From assembly GCA_038883795.1 (NCBI GenBank), contig JAVZLK010000028.1, positions 1-20,278 on the forward strand: DNA of 20,278 nt, read 5' to 3'. How positions within the stretch are numbered: the stretch's first letter is position 1; each line of letters opens with the position of its first letter. The DNA is from Candidatus Bathyarchaeia archaeon. GTDB lineage: Archaea; Thermoproteota; Bathyarchaeia; Bathyarchaeales; Bathycorpusculaceae. Positions 16,743-20,278 of this stretch are shown one piece after another. The position numbers and the translations under genes are program-made. The notes under the pieces are model-generated. The model saw only the letters and a list, made by a program, of their open reading frames with translations. It had not been told where the DNA came from and searched no databases.

Positions 16743-18140
16743 TTATTTAAAGGTTTCTTCGAACCTAAGTGGTATCTCATATGGAGATGTCCCTGGAATA
16801 TCCGGAGGATATACACATTTAAGTTCGCCGTTCACCAATTGAGTACCAATGAAACAATATAAGCCTGGAATGTCCTTAGGGTTTATTCTACCTAAAATTG
16901 GATGAACGTACGGATCATCATATTGCCACGTTAATTGGTGCGCATCATTATAAAGCCACTTGCCGACGGTTGTGAGGCCGTCAGGAGCTGATCTATATAA
17001 CTGAGTAACTCCTTGTCTAGTGCCTATCTTTTCAAGCTCAACAACAACGGCATCTGCATCAGTTGTACCTGCGCGGGTTATCGCGTCCGCCAATAGGTAA
17101 ACTACGTCATATGTAACTGAAGATTGAGTTGGATCCCTTCCATATTTAGTAACATATTTTTCAAAGAATGGCCCTGTTAGATGTGTTATGTTAACTCCTT
17201 TAGCATACTGATTAAAGGTCAACTCGTATTCAGCATATCCAGCAGTTTCATCCCAATATTCTTTTCCCTTCTGTGCCTCTGCGTTACAGCCAACCAATAT
17301 GGCGGGCACTCCTAACTCACCCCACTGTCTCCCGATAGTAGCGCCAAGTATTGAAGATGTTGAAGCTTCAAAAATTATGTGGACACCAGCCGACTTTATC
17401 GCCGTGAATTCAACAGTTAAATCAGTAGCGCTGCTGCTTGGTCTTGCTTCATAAACAATCTGGCATCCCAGAGAAGAAATGTATGGCTTTGCTATTGAGT
17501 ATATTCCATCGCCCCAAACATTACCTTCTATTATTATGGCAACTTTAGGGTTCGGTACGTTATACTGGCTTTTAACAATATTAAGAACAAACTCGAAAAG
17601 TTTCAAATACGACTTTGCAAACTGAGTTAAAGTAAGGAAGAATGTGAAAAAGTACTTGTATCTATCATAGTTTGATCTTACCTTTGCGGTTATCGCTTCA
17701 CTGGATCCGTCGGCAATCATTATCTTTTTGTAATCCATAGCAACCTCCTGACAAACTAGAACACTGGCGGATGAAAAGGGACCAATTATAAAATCAGCCC
17801 CCTCAATTGTTATAGCTCTTTCGACTGCCGCAGGAGCATCAACAGTCGGACTCAGTATATCATTAGTATCTATTTTTACTAACTCTATCGGGCGAATTTC
17901 ACTTCCAACTTTAATTCCACCATATTTCTCATTAATCTCCTCAGCAGCTAAAGTTGCTCCTTGCCAAAAATCTTGCCCTTGCTTGAACGCCATAGGACCA
18001 CATACAGCTATTTTTATGGGCCTTCCAAGACTAGGAGATGGAGACGGAAGAATTGCAAAGTAAACGCCGATGACTAATGCTATGATTATAATAATAGCCA
18101 CAATGATGCCTTGCATTTTAGTAATGGCAGACTTGCTCAT
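16743..18140 (-). CDS. Membrane-anchored LIV-type ABC solute-binding protein (LivK-like)
   Basis: MSKSAITKMQ followed by a hydrophobic helix (archaeal-type anchor), PIKIAVCGP, GATLAAEEINEKYGGI, ADFIIGPFSS and YDVVYLLADAITRAGTTD. Confidence 0.92.
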   Translation of the reverse strand: MSKSAITKMQGIIVAIIIIIALVIGVYFAILPSPSPSLGRPIKIAVCGPMAFKQGQDFWQGATLAAEEINEKYGGIKVGSEIRPIELVKIDTNDILSPTVDAPAAVERAITIEGADFIIGPFSSASVLVCQEVAMDYKKIMIADGSSEAITAKVRSNYDRYKYFFTFFLTLTQFAKSYLKLFEFVLNIVKSQYNVPNPKVAIIIEGNVWGDGIYSIAKPYISSLGCQIVYEARPSSSATDLTVEFTAIKSAGVHIIFEASTSSILGATIGRQWGELGVPAILVGCNAEAQKGKEYWDETAGYAEYELTFNQYAKGVNITHLTGPFFEKYVTKYGRDPTQSSVTYDVVYLLADAITRAGTTDADAVVVELEKIGTRQGVTQLYRSAPDGLTTVGKWLYNDAHQLTWQYDDPYVHPILGRINPKDIPGLYCFIGTQLVNGELKCVYPPDIPGTSPYEIPLRFEETFK

Positions 18141-18177
18141 TATTATTCTCCTCTTAGCGTATTACCTGCAGTTAGCA

Positions 18178-18192
18178 ATATAAATTTTTTCG
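18178..18192 (-). promoter_or_regulatory. Archaeal BRE/TATA promoter of the ABC operon
   Basis: The minus strand reads CGAAAAAATTTATAT about 38 nt upstream of ATG 18140, with GAGGAG SD at 18148-18153. Confidence 0.65.
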
Positions 18193-18207
18193 TTTCGTTT
18201 CAAGCTC

Positions 18208-18848
18208 GGCTATTTCGTATTAAGGATAAGGATGGAAACGTTGAACACTACTCAATGTTTAAGAATGAGACTGGCGAAATAGCTTTGTTAAGTGGGAACT
18301 TTGTTAGCACAAGTGTTTTGGCCTGTTGTAGTTTTTGGGATATTCCAATTATTGTCGAGGCTAGGAATAGGGATCCCGTAGCTGTTCTCAGAAGCCTTGA
18401 TGATAGCCAAGTTAAGACTCGCATAGCTCAATATGAGGCTCTTTATAATGGTAAAGGGAACACGGCTTAAAAGAGCTTGATTTAACATCTTATAAATCTA
18501 AGATTGAAGGTTTAAACTCTAAAGATTTTAAAAACTTTGAGATATAGGCTTATCCAGCTGGAAGGTCGAGCCTCTGAAAAGTATTTCCATGAATTTTTGG
18601 CTTTAATAGACGTAGAGTATGGATAGCCTATGATGGCTTAAACAATACTTTCAATTTGGCCTATACCATGCTTAAGTTTAGGGTTTACATGACGGTTCTT
18701 AACGCTCACTTAGGGCCCTATTTAGGGTTTGTTATATGAACAGAGTCAAACAATTGGAACTCTGATCAACCAGGAGGCTCATCTATTAGCAAATATCTTC
18801 GAAAGGAAAATCCAAAAATTGAAGCCACGACTTTCAATTTCAAACTAA
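18208..18848 (+). pseudogene. cas1: Solo cas1 pseudogene (no CRISPR array or other cas genes)
   Basis: Fragments KDKDGNVEHY...GEIALLSGNFVST...FWDIPII...PVAVLRSLDD...TRIAQYEA | LIQLEGRASEKYF | AYDGLNNTFNLAYTML...HLGPYLGFV | QTIGTLINQEAHLLA match the Cas1 motifs R..QY, EG...YF, N..LN..Y and L.PY.GF.H. Broken by frameshifts and deletions. Confidence 0.85.
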
Positions 18849-19268
18849 CAATTTTCTATGATAACGGATGGCTTCCGCCTCAAAAGCAGACTCTTTATGA
18901 AAAATTGGAAAACTAAAGGTGTGTTGTATTAGAATAAGTGAAGCTTTTCGGCTAATTACTGAAATGAAAAATCAGGCTTGTATTGTTAAAAACCAGATCC
19001 AAAGGCACCTATCTTCAACTGCTCAGATTATAAAGTAATTAATGAATTTTATATAAGATCGCTTGAACGTTAGAAGTAAAGTGCCCACGTGTAAAGGTAT
19101 TCACTAATTAGATGAGGATGGTTCTAAGTCTTTGCTTATTTAAACTTAGTTATTGATGTCTTTTCGAAATTTTAAACTTGCACCTAGCAGATACAGACAA
19201 AAGTAAAGTTTAAAAATGTATAAATCCTTTAAGATTACATACACCGCTAGTATTAATAGTGAATTAGA

Positions 19269-20278
19269 TTGGAATTGATAGAAAGATTAAAGAATAAAGC
19301 AAAAGCTGACCCTAAAAAAATAATTCTTCCAGAGAGCGAAGATTTACGTATTCTTAAAGCTGCTGAATTATCCTTAAAAGAGGGAATAGCCATCCCAGTT
19401 TTGTTGGGGAGAAGGGAAATTATTGAAAAAATCGCCTATAACCATAAAATATCTCTAAATGGAATTGAAATCATTGAGCCGACTAACTCCCAAAATTTCG
19501 ACAATTATGTTCTGTCTTATCACAAAATGAGAAATATTCCTTTAAAAGTTGCAAAGAGAATCATTCAAAAACCCATTAATTTTGGCCTTATGAGTATTAA
19601 ACAAGGAGATGCTGATGGTATGGTCGCGGGTGTTGCTCATACCACCGAGGAGATAATAATGTCCAGCGAACTTATTATTGGTATGGAGAAAAACATGAAA
19701 ACACCATCAAGCTTTTTCCTTATGCATATTCCAGGATACCCAGGAGGGGAAAACGGTCATTTTCTTTTCGCAGACTGCGCATTAAATCCGGATCCGACCC
19801 CTGAACAGATGGCCGATATAGCTATTGCTACTGCAAATAGCGCCAAAACTCTATTCAACTGGGAACCTAGAGTTGCAATGCTTTCTTTCTCAACAAAAGG
19901 AAGCGCCTCACATCCGGCCGTAGATAAAGTTGTTAAAGCAGTGGAAATCGTTAAAAAAAAGGCAACTAACTTATTGGTTGATGGAGAACTTCAGGCTGAT
20001 GCAGCAATCGACCCACTGGTTGCACAGTGTAAAATAAAAGGAGAGAGCCAAGTTGCGGGGAAAGCAAATATTTTAATTTTCCCAGATCTTAATTCAGGAA
20101 ACATAGCATACAAACTAGTGCAGAGGCTTGCGAAAGCATACGCTTATGGTCCTTTTTTACAAGGATTTGCGAAGCCAGTTAGCGATCTTTCAAGAGGTGC
20201 TACAGTTGATGACATAGTTGGTACGATAGCGTTAATAGTTGTAAAAGCTCAAAGTGACAAAATCTCGGAGAGGTCTAA
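19269..20278 (+). CDS. pta: Phosphate acetyl/acyltransferase (339 aa when circularised; ends at position 137)
   Basis: TTG start, KKIILPESEDLRILKAA, GDADGMVAG, FADCALNPDP, PRVAMLSFSTKGS, DGELQADAA, AGKANILIFPDLNSGNIAYKLVQR and [13 protein letters not shown]. Missing from the ORF track because it has no stop before the window end. Confidence 0.96.
   Translation, partial: MELIERLKNKAKADPKKIILPESEDLRILKAAELSLKEGIAIPVLLGRREIIEKIAYNHKISLNGIEIIEPTNSQNFDNYVLSYHKMRNIPLKVAKRIIQKPINFGLMSIKQGDADGMVAGVAHTTEEIIMSSELIIGMEKNMKTPSSFFLMHIPGYPGGENGHFLFADCALNPDPTPEQMADIAIATANSAKTLFNWEPRVAMLSFSTKGSASHPAVDKVVKAVEIVKKKATNLLVDGELQADAAIDPLVAQCKIKGESQVAGKANILIFPDLNSGNIAYKLVQRLAKAYAYGPFLQGFAKPVSDLSRGATVDDIVGTIALIVVKAQSDKISERS
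20152..20278 (+). repeat. Terminal direct repeat copy 2
   Basis: Identical to 1-127. Confidence 0.97.

Larger units (their letters stand above)
1..20151. mobile_element. Putative circular (extrachromosomal or excised integrative) archaeal element of 20,151 bp carrying catabolic cargo
   Basis: 127-bp exact end overlap, pta spanning the junction, attP-like tRNA fragment inside an integrase remnant, and ParB, integrase and cas1 remnants. No core housekeeping genes are present. A collapsed tandem duplication cannot be excluded. Confidence 0.55.

Noticed and set aside
1042-16842. Numerous 60-150 aa ORFs nested in or antisense to the main genes (e.g. 1042-1254, 2144-2407, 8307-8664, 12057-12534, 14086-14687, 14910-15221, 15951-16190)
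   Set aside because: These are shadow frames of well-supported genes or of the OYE pseudogene, with no independent motifs or start signals.
18111-18470. 119-aa ORF as an intact protein
   Set aside because: Its N-terminus overlaps the SBP start and promoter on the opposite strand. The remainder is the first fragment of the cas1 pseudogene.
20152-20278. 127-bp repeat as a biological terminal repeat of a linear virus or transposon
   Set aside because: It lies inside the pta coding sequence and equals a common assembler k-mer length. No viral or transposase genes are present.
20276-20278. Final TAA as the pta stop codon
   Set aside because: It is out of frame (TCT AAC). The in-frame stop is TAG at 135-137 after circularisation.

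Overview
Bases 1-127 are identical to 20152-20278, and a phosphotransacetylase ORF missed by the ORF track runs through that junction. The window is therefore best read as a 20,151-bp assembly-level circle. The host looks archaeal (BRE/TATA promoters, a GGTGA ribosome-binding site, an archaeal-type N-terminal anchor on the solute-binding protein); Bathyarchaeia is my inference from recalled family resemblance of the mobile-element remnants. The intact genes are anaerobic catabolic cargo: pta, ackA, an atypical acyl carrier protein with acpS, a divergent thiolase-fold protein with a DUF35 Zn-ribbon/OB-fold partner, an acetoacetate-decarboxylase-family protein, a flavocytochrome-c-type flavoprotein, a VOC/glyoxalase protein, and a LIV-type ABC importer operon with a PreA/DHODH-like Fe-S flavoenzyme inserted in it. 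Every recognisable mobility gene is a remnant: a split-type integrase still joined across a tRNA 3' fragment (attP-like), a second tyrosine integrase, a frameshifted ParB-HTH gene and a solo cas1. There is also a collapsed old-yellow-enzyme pseudogene. The leading hypothesis is a carrier-protein (ACP)-based acyl to acyl-phosphate to ATP module on a small, non-autonomous archaeal circular element. No database searches were run; family calls come from motif recognition.
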